A stretch of 64,000 bases of DNA from Lingula anatina (Eukaryota; Animalia; Brachiopoda). Made by a program: the position numbers and the translations under genes. The number at the start of each line of letters is the position of its first letter. Position 1 is the first letter of the stretch. The stretch spans positions 39,748,401 through 39,812,400 of the forward strand of contig CM120641.1 of assembly GCA_051362555.1 (NCBI GenBank). The letters are read 5' to 3'. Positions 12,098 through 25,700 of this stretch are shown in pieces. Below the pieces are notes generated by a model. It was not told the DNA's origin and ran no database searches. It was given only the letters and a program-made list of their open reading frames with translations.

Positions 12098-15000
12098 ATA
12101 TTACATTTTGTACTTGACTTTTGCAATCCTGACAGAAAGCAAGATAGATAAGCTCAATATCAACCTGTTTGCATTGTTTGGGATACTTCACTTTTTTTTA
12201 TAAACACTGACACGGATATTTCTTTCGGGTGTGTTGATACAGTTTCGACCTGTTATTCCCACACAAACTTATGAAAAATTAAAGAGTGTCTTTATTTTCT
12301 AATTAGAATCAGCCTACTGCTAAACCAGGGATGATAGAGGAAACGGCCAAACCGCACACGAAAGACAGCGAACATCTCCGAAAACTTACTGATGCCATGC
12401 GCACAATTCACAAAACTTACAAAGGCCACCACGCGGGCGACCTTGCCTTGATTACTGCGGTCATCAAAAATATTCAGGACAATCCAGAGATAATTGAGAG
12501 CAAGCCAGGTGATGCATACATAATTTAGCTGTCATTTCCCCGCACTTGCCACATTTTGTATAATGAGATGTTACAGTACTGATCAATAAGTTTGTTTGGT
12601 GAAAATTTATTTTAGAGGAATTTAAAAGCTTCTGTAATATTAAACTTTGTTTGGCAGTGGAAGACGATTTTGCCTCAACTGTTAATGATTTTCATTTATT
12701 TGCAGTGACACCAAAAGTTCTTGATGAAAAAAGAAAGTTAGAAACCGTTGATAATCTTGAGGAGCAGAATTTAAGAGAAGAAGAAAAGAAAGGTAATATA
12801 TTTTGCGTAAGTAAATTTCTAAATGTGTGTGTCGTAATGATGTCATAAAACTTACATATCATCTGCTTTTCTTTTGCTAGGGACCGATTTATAGTTTCAG
12901 TCAAAATTTGAAATAAGAGCAGTAGCCTACACTTCATTGTGAAATACATATACGTAAATTCACTCCGACTAAAGGTACAGAAAAGAGATTTATGTTAAAA
13001 TCGATTGTCCTACTGCTCCCGTGATGGCGCTGTGCCTATTATCGGGAAAGGTAGCAGCTGCGGCATGTCTACAGCGGTAACAACTTAAACGAACCTTATT
13101 AAAACATATACAGGGTTACCACTTAATATGGAATATTATTTTTTGGCGAATAAATTTTCTACAAAATATTTAATTTCTCTCTAACTACTTTAAATCCAAA
13201 GCTGAGGTGTCACTCCATGTGTAGCTAGATGTGTTACCTAATTACCACACAACTCTCGAAACAATTGATGCATGCAGTTGCATGTTCTGTGGTCAGAAAT
13301 GTGAGGGGTGGTCTTTTCGGCAATCTCTGCCCTTGTATAAAAACGCATGGGTTTTGTCAATCTTTGGAGCGTGTTTAGAGAAGCAACAAAGGGATCGCTC
13401 TGAAACTTGACAGGTACCTTAGTGAAGATATGATACGACAACAAGGCAACGCAGCTTACTATAGGATTCTTGCTCTCAGAGAAAATGGCCAGAAACGGAC
13501 AGCCATTGCCAGGTAATTCAACATTTATCAGGAACCGTTTGTGAAGTCCTCTAAAGAAATGCTGCTACAGGGGCACCTACTCCAATACCTCGACCAGGGT
13601 GTCGGCATATCACACCAAGAAGACAGGATCGCCTTCTCCTTAGTGGACGCCGTGCTGGTCGTACAAAGACAACCAGTGTCCTCAGAAAAGAGAGGCAGAA
13701 TGTCATTCAAACGCCCGTTTCAAGGTCCCACGTGAACAAGAGATTTCTGCAAGCCGGTTATTTTGCACGAAGGCCAGTAGGGAAACCACTGTTAACAGCA
13801 GGACATATACAGCGACGTCTGCAAAGGGCTGGGGACCACGTGCGTTTGCAGCCAAAACACTGGAATCATGTTGTTTTCAGTGATAAGGCCAGATATGGAT
13901 TTTTTAGGGTTGATCATCGAATCCGTGTCCACCGACGTGTACGAGGGGCATAAAACAATGATTGTGTACTGCCTTGGGTGCAACCAGGGGATGGTAACGT
14001 CTCTGTTTGGGGAGCATTTCATGTCGGTGCCCAGAACCAGTTGGTTTTTCTAGGAGGCAACCTCATCCAGGATTCCTACAGAGACGTTCTACAGCAAACA
14101 ATGCTTCGATTGGTAAGATTCATCTTCAGGAACAACTTTGTGTACCAAGACGACTGCGCAACCCCACATCGAGGCCGCAGAATCACTGTTTTTCTTCAAA
14201 ACCAATGGGTTCAGCAACTGCCCTGGCCTGCAAACTCTCCAGATATGAACCCAATTGAAAATCTGTGGGCGGAAGTAACTCACAGAATTAATAGCTATGG
14301 TCCTCGGCCGGTAAATAGTGATGAACTGCGACAGGCAAATATCACTGCATGGAATGATATCCCCACCCAAACTCTAAAAAACGTGTCACAGGATATGCTA
14401 TGTAGGATGAGGGCGCTGCAAGCGGCTGCTGGAGGTCATACCCGCAATTACTGACTTTTCATGATTTACTGTAGTGAGTTCTTTGACTGTGTAACATATC
14501 ACTGTCCGGAGGCTATCATTTTCTTTAATATCTTATCTTAAAGTTTATACTGACATCAAACTGTTGATATGGTTTTCTGGGGGTGTTCCTTTCTTTTGAA
14601 TGGCATCTTATATCAGATTTAATATTATTGACCAAAATTTCTCACAACAGAAGACTGGATGTTATTATCACTCAGTGACATACTTTTTTAATGACTCAAG
14701 CCAAAAAAAATTTAATCAGCACTCAAAAATAACAATGATAAAAAATATTCCATATTAAGTGGTAACCCTGTAAGCATGAAAACAGATCTGGCAGTGTACC
14801 AGTATACCAAGTTGCTGCATCATTATATCTAGTGATTACTAGGGACTTTTTCCATTGTGTCAAAATGAGTTTTGTTTTCATTCAAAATGTATGAAATAAA
14901 AGAAATGATATAAAAATTTTAACGCAAGGGGGATTAATTATTTGACGGATTAAGGTCACATTATTCATTCAAACGCCTTTTCAAGATTAGAATTTTTCAT

Positions 15001-16192
15001 AACGATAACTTGTAAAGGTACTCATTCATAATTTAATTGACATCACCGCTTTTTACTTGATATTGACTACAATTGTGTACTGCATATAACATAATTATAC
15101 AATGGAAAAAATATAGCTGATTATTCTGTGATACCAAGCCTGTCGTCTTTTATAATGCAGCTTTGATGATGATCAGCGAACTAGAGGACGAAATGGAACG
15201 TTTGAAGAAAGAACTCGATTTTACAAAACAGGAATATAGGGAACTGGAGGAGGGTCACAAGATGACCGGTCCACTAGTTGGCCAAGATGGCAAAAGCGCA
15301 GAGGAGAAAGAGTTGTTGGTGGTTTCCCACTACGAGCCCACGCAATCAAACACATTTTTGGAGAAAAACGGAGAAAATGGTGAAAAAGCCAACATGCTCG
15401 ACGTGACTCCAGAAATGATCGAATCAAGTGGACAACATCGTGATGAAAAGAACAGGCCGACGGTAAGTTAATAACAAAAGAAAAAATTACTTAGAAAGAA
15501 AATTATCATACAATAACAATAAAAAAGAAAGAATTTAGATAAGATAACATAGACTGATTCAAACTTACAAAAATTGTACCGAAAGTTGTAAAATCATTTT
15601 TAGACATGCCAAGATATTAAAGAACAAGTTTTAGTGCATTCTTGTACCTTATCCTTATTATAAAAAATGTGAAGATCGAAAAATTAGAATTTTAAAAAAA
15701 TAATCCGTTGTAGGAAATAGAAGCGGGCTACTTCTTGCCTTTCCCGGACGACGACAAAGAAGAAAGCGGAGACAGCATGGGAGATCTACCTCCGAGTGAA
15801 GATCCTCGCACTGCAGTAAGTTATAAACAAAATAGAATACTCATGCATATGTCACATATGGTGACTACACCCTTGACATCATAGAACTTTGCCTCAACAG
15901 AAAAACCCAGCCCTCATACTTTAGAAGTATAACGTTTTTAAACGGGCTAAATTACGTTGAATACCTTGGCACACTTTTTTCCCTTATACATGTATTTTAA
16001 CTGCAACGATTTATACAAAAAAAAAAAAAAAAACAACATATTATCACTCATAGTATACATTTATAATTAATTTACTATGTCAATTAAATTGCTTAATTGT
16101 CACTGTTAAGTGATGACAAAACTAAACTTTGCTTTCAGCAAGAACTCAAGCAGTTAAACGGGCCCGAAGCATCCCGCCGTCCTGGTGTATAA
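6903..16192 (+). CDS. Uncharacterised secreted protein, 287 aa, Glu/Lys-rich with probable coiled coil (granin/prohormone-like composition)
   Basis: Exons 6903-6954, 11143-11207, 12307-12508, 12706-12792, 15161-15462, 15714-15815, 16139-16192; all GT-AG, phases 1,0,1,1,0,0; 864 nt with no internal stop. N-terminus MFHSVTVWLAVVGLFGQVIC-VP resembles a signal peptide. Confidence 0.8.
7395..7559. mobile_element. MITE with CAGGGGCG-type (hAT-like) ends; second copy at 30481-30648
   Basis: Colinear with 30481-30648; degraded TIRs; flanked by CGCATT on both sides. Confidence 0.75.
8625..8690 (-). other. Degenerate tRNA-derived (SINE head-like) sequence
   Basis: The minus strand has a B box GGTTCGAGTCC and an A-box-like TGGTTTGTGGG, but no complete cloverleaf. 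Confidence 0.35.
11436..11748 (+). pseudogene. Degenerate pseudo-exon in intron 2 of the secreted-protein gene
   Basis: Bounded by ttcag| and GAG|GT. Reads PRRYRQYIHKH.../KDNMIEEVREKRFHHSE*SNNEERV*...LRNELRDEVLSQDGGVSITEDSDSDFGSAE with stops and frameshifts. Confidence 0.5.
12021..12095. repeat. Compound (CA)n(TA)n microsatellite
   Basis: Direct reading. Confidence 0.95.
13111..14770 (+). mobile_element. Tc1-family DNA transposon, full length (1660 bp), non-autonomous
   Basis: Perfect 27-bp TIRs CAGGGTTACCACTTAATATGGAATATT; TA on both flanks (13109-13110, 14771-14772). Confidence 0.95.
13430..14454 (+). pseudogene. Disrupted DD34E Tc1 transposase
   Basis: Fragments contain VVFSD, YQDD and WPANSPDMNPIENLW with 34 residues between the second D and E; early stop and frameshifts. 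Confidence 0.92.
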
Positions 16193-16981
16193 GATTTCTC
16201 ATGTAACAGCTAGCAGAGACATAAGACGGCGGGGACAGATCCCCTTTCTACAAACATTAACATTTTGCACAAATAACAGCATGGGATGCTGGCGTGCACT
16301 TTCAAATCCTGAACATTGGAAGTTTAAAAACTTGCATTTTACAGCAAAAATATATGCACACTGTACACTCCGCATTACTCACTTCATAAAACGAATTATC
16401 GCACAAGTAGTACGTTTTCTTTGATAATAGCCAAAATTACATGAACAATGTCAACTGTGGTATTTTCGTCAGTGTCCGGTCACAGAGTAAACGAGCTATG
16501 CGAATTATCCTGTGTGCTTCAAGCACACAAAGCAATATATTATTATATAAATGTCGGTCCGTTTTTTTTATTAAAATATTTTAGAAATAATCATAGAAGT
16601 TATACCATTAATTAATTCAATTAGTTTTTTCAAAAAATTATTGTAATGTGCTGGCGTCCAAGAAACTTCCTATTTGGAACATATTCAAACGGTTCTCTTC
16701 TGTAGTTTGCATGCTAATTACTAGTCACTAGACATTATTGCAGGTAAAAAGCGATCTGTAGCTACCAGAGCACATAAAAGCATACTGCTCATATACTGTA
16801 CACTGCAAGCAAAATGATTTTGTTGACAACTGTTTGCGATCTAAAAGATTTTCATACAAATAATTTATTGACACTTGATATAACAAATATACGTAACCAC
16901 ACAGAAATATTAAAACAATTTTTGATGCAACCTGTAAAAAATCTTATAAAAAAAGATAAAATGCTTTTTCAAAACTTATTC

Positions 16982-16996
16982 AATAAAGCCTTTATT
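16982..16996. terminator. Back-to-back polyadenylation signals (AATAAA-GCC-TTTATT) between convergent genes
   Basis: AATAAA on plus at 16982-16987 and on minus at 16991-16996, between stop codons at 16192 (+) and 17181 (-). Confidence 0.5.
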
Positions 16997-17180
16997 CCAC
17001 TTTTATAGCTGTAGTTTTTCATCAAATAGAATAAAAATGCCTTAGATCAGCCCAAGCAATGTCTAATACATCACATCTATCACAATGACTTGCATTAGGA
17101 ATCATTTTTGTGTAACCCACAAAACTCAAAAACCTGAGAAAGAAAAATATCCTTTTCTAACTTGGCAAATTCCCCAACTA

Positions 17181-19943
17181 TTATGTTCTTTTTCCCCACA
17201 TGGTAGCAAAAGGTCTTTTCTGATACTCTTGATAACACCTTTGCGAACAAAGGAAGCCCTCAACTGGAGCAGTGTATCGTCCACCAGCGTCCAGACTGAC
17301 CACATCACTGGCTATTGTGCGAAGGTCAAACCTGGCCAAGTAGTGGACAAATGAGGTGAAGCAGTAGCCACCACACAAACAAAGTTTTGCTGACTTCAGG
17401 AAGTGCAATAACATCGGTGGCAGGTCTTCTTCAGTATGTTGCACTCTGGAAGACAGAACAGAGATGACATTACTGGTATAATCCAAATATAGTGATAATA
17501 TTTTACAGGAGAAATGGTAACCTTGTTAAACCATGGTATACTGTAAATCAAGTAGAAAGGTAAAACATCAAAGAAAGGATTCTGTTAACTAGTTCTCTTC
17601 TCCATTTGCAATTATCCAAATATTTCAAGGCTACCTGATGTCACAGAAATATGTAGGAATTAATGACCACAGTTAATAGAAATAAATCTCAAATGTACGG
17701 CTGCTGTCAACTGAAGTTTGTGAGAAGGCTACATGAGCTTTTTTCTTTATCCGTGTTTATTTTTTTTTTTTTAATAAAATTCTAGATATCTGTCATCAAC
17801 TAAGTGTATTGATGAAGTCAATTACATGTGTAGATATGTAAGCTCAGAGGAACAAATTAACAGCACTATTATTGATGAAATCATTAAAAAAAACTCAAAC
17901 TATGCTAGATCATGCTAATCAACTTGCCTTCCTTTCTTAATTGACCTTGCTGCACATTCCAGAAGTGATGGAAATGACAATTTGTCCACAGCAGTGGCAG
18001 GTCCCTCCAGTAAGAACTCATTATGATACAAGTCAAGTTTTTCTAACTGTAACTGTGTAAAAGTTCCCGGTAAAGTCTTTAAACTGTTTTTGGCAGCTGA
18101 CAAGAATCGTAGCTTTAATAAATGACCAAATCTAGCTGGCAGGCACTGAAGTTGGTTTTCATTCATACTTAAAGTCACCAAACTTGCGAGAGCACAGAAT
18201 GAAGGGGGCAAAAACTTAAGTTTGTTCTTACTGATGTTCAGAAAAGTCAGGGAGTTTCTGAGATTACTGTCACCAAGTGTTTGTGGAAACTGCTCAATTT
18301 GGTTGTCACTGACATCAAGTTCAGTTAAATGCTGCAACTCTCCTAATGCAACGGGCAGGCTGGTTAGACAATTCCCACCGAGGTTTAAATGGCTCAGATG
18401 TTTCAACTGAATAATTCTAGAATCAACTTTCTTGAGGGAGCACCCATTAATGGTTAGAAGCTCCAGACTTCTAGGGAACCCTGTAGTCAGGGGGTAGTCT
18501 TTGCGCTTCAATATGGTCATTCTGGTCTTTGGTTTTTCGACTTGTTTGGCTGATGCTGGGGCAAGTGTGGACAGGGTAACGTTACCAAGATCTCTACCCA
18601 AAGCTCCCACCTTGACAACATTTAGAAAACTCTTCAACTGTATGGGGTCTGCCTGCAAGTAGATATTATTTTGTTATATTCATAATTTCATTTTGAATAT
18701 GAATTTCACAGTTTTTATATACTTATTTTACAGTAAACTCCTCTTAACTGGTCATCTTATTAACCAAATTATCCTCAATCTTGAACAAATTTTGTGAAAC
18801 GGATTTCTCTTTGATGTCAGATGTAACTTGTGACTACTGCTCTTATCCAATCTTTGTGGAACTCGCACAAATTTTCCAGGGCCAAAGTATTCTAGTTATG
18901 AAGAGTCTACTGTAATTCAACAACTTCCAAAAGTAATGGCACTGAAGAGGAGATGTCATATGATTTTAAAGAATTGTTTTTCGATGATGTATAAGTTCTA
19001 ATTAAAGATACAGAGAATGCCTTGGTGATGATAAATTTAAGATTTAACATGTTTCTCCCTCAATAAATAAATAATTTTTTAATAAAAAAGAGAATTTTCA
19101 ATTCTTTACGAAGATAATGAAGATAATCAGGTGAGCAGCTCACATTTCAAAGTCACAAAATCCTTGAAAAACGGCATCCATAGCCAACACGTAAATATTC
19201 AAACATAGAGCAATTTAATTCAGACAACCATGGAAATAAGGAATTAATTGATTTAATAAATAACTATCTGATGACTTACTTTACACAAGCATATGTCATG
19301 TGGTGGGTCCCTTAGTCTAATTGTGGCCTTTCCTTCATCAATAAACTTCAAAAACAGCTGTTCAATATTGTTTTTAAGCTGAAGAAAGAAGGTAAATACA
19401 GTTTATGGCTAGTAATTTTCTTCTTTCAAGTCAATTCTAACATCAAACCAGGTAAACCATGAGTGTGCAATTAACTTCTTCTATATATTTTAAGTCTAAC
19501 TACCGTTTCCATTTTCGGGTGTTTAAACTTTTTAGACCAATGAACTAGTATTAACTGTAAACAACATGTCAACTCATCATAATCACTATACTATACCGTC
19601 CAAAACACTACATTACAGGTCATCCAGTTTTACAAATGATTCATGGAACTATGAAAAAAACAGAGCTATGACATACATTATAATGCAATGAACAAAATAT
19701 ACTTAAATATCTAGCAATAACTTGATCAGTTGGTTGTTCTGAAATATCAGTTACCACATATTTGGTCCCATTCCTATCTTTTGCAGTGCACATCATAAGA
19801 TAGACCACCCCTTCCTTGCTCTCCCCACTGGCTGAAGGCTTCTTGCCAACTGATAACTGAGTTCTGGTAAACTTGGTTTTCCCTCTCATGTTAAATGAGG
19901 GAAGAAGCCTGTTGCCAATATCTGCTTCACATGTGATACGCAT
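17181..19943 (-). CDS. LRR1: Leucine-rich repeat protein 1 (CRL2 substrate receptor), 425 aa
   Basis: Coding exons 19943-19755, 19378-19280, 18652-17928, 17445-17181. Motifs MRITCE..., NIEQLFLKFIDEGKATIRL, KDYPLTTGFPRSLE, LRRs, BC-box-like FPSLLECAARSI and C-terminal CLCG...FLCS. A non-coding first exon probably ends at 22310. Confidence 0.95.
18731..18912. mobile_element. Tc1/pogo-type MITE
   Basis: Imperfect TIRs CAGTAAACTCCTCTTAACT / CAGTAGACTCTTCATAACT with TA flanks. Confidence 0.7.
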
Positions 19944-21168
19944 TTTCAACTTTCAGTGTTTACCTGAAAATAATAATAATAATAAAAAAATCAAAAAGTG
20001 CAACTAGTGTAATAAAGCTTTCAGTTTAGCCTGGGCAAAGACAACCCACATTTTTATTTTAATCATACACTTTTCAAAATCATACTAATGCTTTTGTTTC
20101 TTTTTTTCTTTCCTTTTTATATGGGGGGGGGGGGGAGGGGGCATTGAAGAATTAACAAAATAAGAGAAAGACATATCGACAATTCTTTAGACAATTTAAT
20201 TTTCTTATAGAAAAACATGTATATTCCAAACTCCCTAACAGCAACAGTTTGATATTATAATGGTTATATCACCAGTTTGCTGTATGTGCATGCAGCTAGT
20301 GGTATATGACTTTTGGAATGGCTATTTAAAGTTGCAGGACCAACAGATTATCTTATCTGCTGACAACAGTGGGCTGTCTTGCCACAGCAGTTGTTTATCA
20401 CTGACAGGTAATGCCCAGGTGATATTGATACATATGAGTGGATGCATTTTCTCTAATCTTATCTCAATCAGTTACAAAAAGCTTGGCTTTTCAACAGTGT
20501 GGAATACATGGAGGTGAGAGGTAAGGGGAAAAGGTTGCAAGGTTCTGTTTGCAGATAATGATTTTTTTGAAAATGGTCAACAGAAGTGCCTGATTACTTG
20601 AACTTTACATGTACTGATAGAAAAAAATTAACAAATCCTACAAAATGCTCTTAATAATTATCATGGTAACTAGATGAAAAAATCATTTTGTCTATGAAAA
20701 GTTATAGTAATAATCTTTCTACTGGAATTGTTAAAGTTGCCAATCTCCTCCCTACCCCTCCCATTTCTTGAAATCCTGTATCTGCTAATTAATTAACAAC
20801 TTTAGCTGATACACCTGAAGTGAACTGATCTGTATCAAAAGTTAATGAATGAATATGTGCAATTTGAATCATGGTCAAGCAATCTTATGAGTATAAAGGT
20901 TTCCACTAGTGTACTGTAATCATACCAGGGGTTTCATTATTCATGGTCATGTATGGATTAGTAGTATTAAAAGTTCACATTCAGAATTTGTCAACAACTG
21001 TAGAAAAAGGTCTATAAACTCATGTAAATACAATAAGTGCCAAGTAAGAGAGCCAAGTAATCTTTGGGTTTGCAACATAAATGGGGCATACAACTGTACA
21101 TACCGGTAGGCTAGCAAAAGCAAAAGTGCCAGCATTTGAAAACTAAGACATAGATTAGAACCCTATCA

Positions 21169-21382
21169 AATCTGAAAACTTGCATTAAAAATGATGTCAA
21201 TGGGATTTAGGCCAGTCACAATTGCTGTTAGATCGTATTCTGCATGAAATACACGTATCAAGAATAACCTAATCTGAAAACTTGCATGAAAAAATTGTGT
21301 CAATGAGAGTTAGGCTGGTCACAAATGCTGTTAGGGGTTATAATCATATTCTGCATGAAATATACGTATCAAGAATAACCTA
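21169..21382. repeat. Local tandem duplication, ~102-112 bp x2
   Basis: AATCTGAAAACTTGCAT...TATCAAGAATAACCT starts at 21169 and again at 21271. Confidence 0.85.
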
Positions 21383-22309
21383 AGAGAGGAATTCCAAGTT
21401 CTAACAAAACTGAATTTTGAATAGCAACTTTCTGCCTTCTATATTCTCCTCTAGATGACAATAGTTTTTGTAAACCAATATAAAACGTGTCTTACAAGAT
21501 TTGTATGAAATTGTATCTGTTTTAACAATGAGTGCTGCTTAATTACTTCTCAACTACTGAACTACATTGACATATGACTAGGATATTACCACATAGGCAA
21601 TCTTGGAAAGATGGAAATTTTAGGGATAAACTTTTCAGGTGAATTTCATATAGAAAGAAAAAGACAAAATACAATTGTGCACAAACACTAAAGCATTTTG
21701 TCTAGCATGCCCTTTTTTCTCTAGTTCTACATGTACATCAACTGATGCATAAGGCCAATACATGTATTCAGCCCAAATTGCAATTATTTGGATTTTCTCA
21801 TATCTGCTGACCAAAATTCCTTCACTTTGCCTATTTCACATGCATATTACTCTGCTCAGGTTATCTCTAGAAAAAAAATTAATGATGTAAATGCCAAGCT
21901 CCCATGCTTGTTTTCTGTTAAATATGAAGTGTCTGTGACAAAATTTTGGGGCTGCTAATCAAAACTGGGCAACCTACTAGTACATGGGAACTTGATTACT
22001 TTTGAAAATGTCGTCCCGAAAAAATGTCATAAATTGAACACATATCTCTCGATCAGGACCTAAATGCAATAGCTAAATAATTTAAACAGCTTATTTATAT
22101 ATGACTATCTGTTTATTTATACATGGATGCCCGTATAAATTCACCATGCAGAAAGAATCATGTTGAGTTAGTTATAGTTTCCAGACCAAGGTGAAGTGCT
22201 CTATAACTTGGTACTTACATGAATCTGGATGGTTAAGAGGCCCATATAAAATATATTGATATCACTAAAATTTGCTCTTAATCATTCTACACCGACCAAT
22301 GTGACATAC

Positions 22310-22763
22310 CCCAAATCAACTCAATAACGACGTAAAATACTGCGAAAATATTTCACAATTGACTCTCGCGCTGCCTCCCGCGCTAAATCGAAATGTACTT
22401 CCTGGTCATATTTATGCTCCACTTCCGGTTATCAGAGTAAAATGAAAATCAACATATTACAGTTATAAGACAAAACAAAGCCATTTTTTATCCATTTATA
22501 ATGGCCCAGTATAAGACTGATTATTTTCTTTTCCTTATATCTATAAACTGAACGCCTTTCCTTCTCTGTCTTCTTAGGGAATTTAGTCTCGCGGAGTGAA
22601 ATCAACTTTACGAAATGATACAAATGCTGTTTCCACTCAATCGATAAGCGCGTAGCAAGATTGTTTAAAGAAATCGCTGAACTTGAAGTAGAGATGTGTT
22701 GCTGCTGATGGCGTTAATGTCCGTTGTGTCTGATGCATTGATCTATATTCATCGCTGAGCACT
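22310..22763. promoter_or_regulatory. Bidirectional promoter of LRR1 (-) and K2P channel exon 1A (+)
   Basis: Local CpG enrichment; ETS-type ACTTCCTGG (22397) and ACTTCCGGT (22421); E2F-like CTCCCGCG; minus-strand donor G|GTATGT at 22310. Confidence 0.7.
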
Positions 22764-25700
22764 ATGGAACGCAGCACTAAAAAGTTCTTAATTTTAGTAG
22801 TAAGTTACGTGTTTTTCGTTGTGATGGGAGCTGCGGTCTTCTCAGCCATTGAAGGACAGATCGAAAATGAGAAGACGAAGGAATTAAGAGAGTTTAGACA
22901 GGATTATTTAGATCTGCACAAATCTTGTCTCACAGGTATTGGAGCATGCTGTCAGGACAGTGACATTGTAGTGTATTAATTACACGTACATGTTTCTGGA
23001 ACTGATAAAAAGATCTTTGCAAAAAAGTTTGTTAAATTCAGCAAATTCAGTATATATCCTCTGTATAAGTAAAATACCCAGTGCATGCAGACTGAGACTA
23101 ATACTGGAGTTGTTCAAGCGCAAAAATATACACTATTCTACCTAAAATATATGTTGGCTTTGATTGTTGAGAGTGTTTGCATGGTTTATAATGTTCCATA
23201 TCATTCTTTATTATTTATGAAATTATGTAAAACCAAATGTGTTGGCATTAAAGCGACAGCTTGTGGGTTTTTTCTGTTTCTATGTCATTTGCCAGTAATA
23301 ATAAATGGAGTAATGTTGCAGTTAGCTGGAAGTGAAAATAAATGCAATACAAATGCTCATCTGTGTTATTATGAAAATAAATAAGTTAAAGATGAGGTTG
23401 TGTTTTTTTAAAGATATTAATTATATCTTGATATAAGATCCCATGAGCTATCCCTTTAAACTTTTCAGAGTTTTTTCACATAATCAGGATTGCTTAGTTT
23501 ATGATTTGTTTTATATTTTTGCACTGCTTTAAGTATTGTCTTATACGTAATTCTATCAATAAACTTTTAATCATAATTTTTGAGTTCTTTGTTGACTTCT
23601 TTTTTTGCCTGTGCTATGACTGGACATCTTTACTGAGGATGGCTGTGCAATTTCAGTTTGGTAGAAAAAATGTGCTATTTCTGATCAGCTGATAATCTTT
23701 GTCATATATATTTATATATAAGGCATTGATGCTTTGTACATTTTTACATCCTTCTGCTCTTTGAACATTATTCCTTGCATAATGAATCCATTTAATTTAA
23801 TTTACCTACTTCCACTGACATTTGTACAGAAATTTGCTCCCATTGTCTGTCTGGACACCACATGATTTTTGTCCAAAAAGTCTCAACTGTCAATAGTGTT
23901 TTGATGGACAAAGGTCACATCGAAGTGTGCATACCTATATACATCATATCAACACAATGTGGATGTCGAAAATTCCATCAGTACAGTAGTAATACATACT
24001 GTGTAACACATCCTTCACTGTAGAATTGTAGTAATAAATGTATTGGCGATATGCTGAATTCAACATAGTGGTATAAACTGTGTAACACTGTCTTCAGACT
24101 AATCAATAATGCATTCTTTTAAGGTCTCTCTCAAAAGACCTTGAGAAATCATTTTGTAAATGAAAAGTCAACTTGCACGAATTAAAACAACCCTTAGATA
24201 CTTAAAATATATGTAGCTACAGTATATACCTCCAATATCTCAGAATAGAATCCAACTTATAAGCTGATAAGTTAGACACTTTGAATCCAAACAGGACCAC
24301 CAACCACCTATGGCTGTGGTATACATGTTATTATGAAGAATATATGAGCCTGCATGTTATTAAATTTACTGAGTAGAATTTACTTAGATCATCAATCTGT
24401 ACAATGTACACGTAATTTGGGTCTTAGAGCTAGATTAAGGTATAAATATTTCAGTGATGGATGCATGGCAAGTGTAATTTGGCTTCACTGGATCGTTTAT
24501 CTTGTCTACCAACTATCGTCCTTGAAAATGGCATCATCATCTAAAATGCAAGAGGAAGGAAAGTACCAAGTCATTTAGGCACATTTTGTACTCACTGGAT
24601 ATCTGCTGCTGTAGACGCTTCCTAATAGTTCAAGTAAACTTATGGCGAAACCTTATGTTTATGTCATGGTAAGGATGATGTGATGCTTATAACATTGATA
24701 TGGCCAAAGTGTGAAATAATTTTATTAAATTATTTTAATAATAAATATTTTGATACAGCTATGAATAATTTCTTATAGTTGAAACTAAATTTGTAATTAG
24801 TTCATTTTAAAGACATAAATTATTTCACCTACAGAAGTACTGTCATCATTTTTGGTTATTGCTCAAACAGAGAAGTGATGAACTCGATACAACAAGCTTT
24901 GAGATAGCTTGTTTTTGCAATAGCATTAACTTCATATTATGACATTTAAGATACATTGAGATGAAAAAAAGAAGAAGGGCTTTGATGACAGTATTTTAGT
25001 TCTGTCTGTAAGAAATAGACATTTGATTTCAATTCCTGTAGCTAATGTTCATCCTGCTGATCACTTACAGTAGCTTGACATAATGGGATATTATTCTGAA
25101 CCAGAGGCCAGATGGGTAATGACGGCTTTTTTTTTTTTTTTTCAAAAATTCTTGCTTGACAGCACAGAATTGTGCATAGAGAAGCCAGAAAAATTTCTGT
25201 TTGAATATCTTGTGAGAAAATGTTCTATGTGACTCAGGTAGGAAGTAGTTGGGTATTGCAGTCTACTTACTGAATATGAACAAAAATGGTTTCTGTGAAA
25301 ACATTAAAATCCACTTTAAACCGAATTGGTAAAAATTTGCCAATCTATGAATTTTCATTCTCATCAGTCAGTTAGAATTTTCTGACATGTCACTAAATAC
25401 CACAACTATTAGTAATGGTGTTGACCCTGACACCTAGAATTTTTTGCTCAATAGCTATGGTATCTAAATTAAATGATGATAGTCTAGAAACAATGTCATA
25501 ATTAAATGTTTTGTAGCCTCTTTTGTTTCTTGAAAAAGGTAATATATTTTTTTTGTGTGGCCTTGCATATTGCTGTCTCTCTCTCTCTCTCTTTTGGGTG
25601 CACATATCCTAATATCTGACATGAAGGTGAATTCCCATTTTTCCAAATTACTATCCTTTCACTTGTGGCCGGTACCAGTTTGGGACATTTCTCTTCAACC

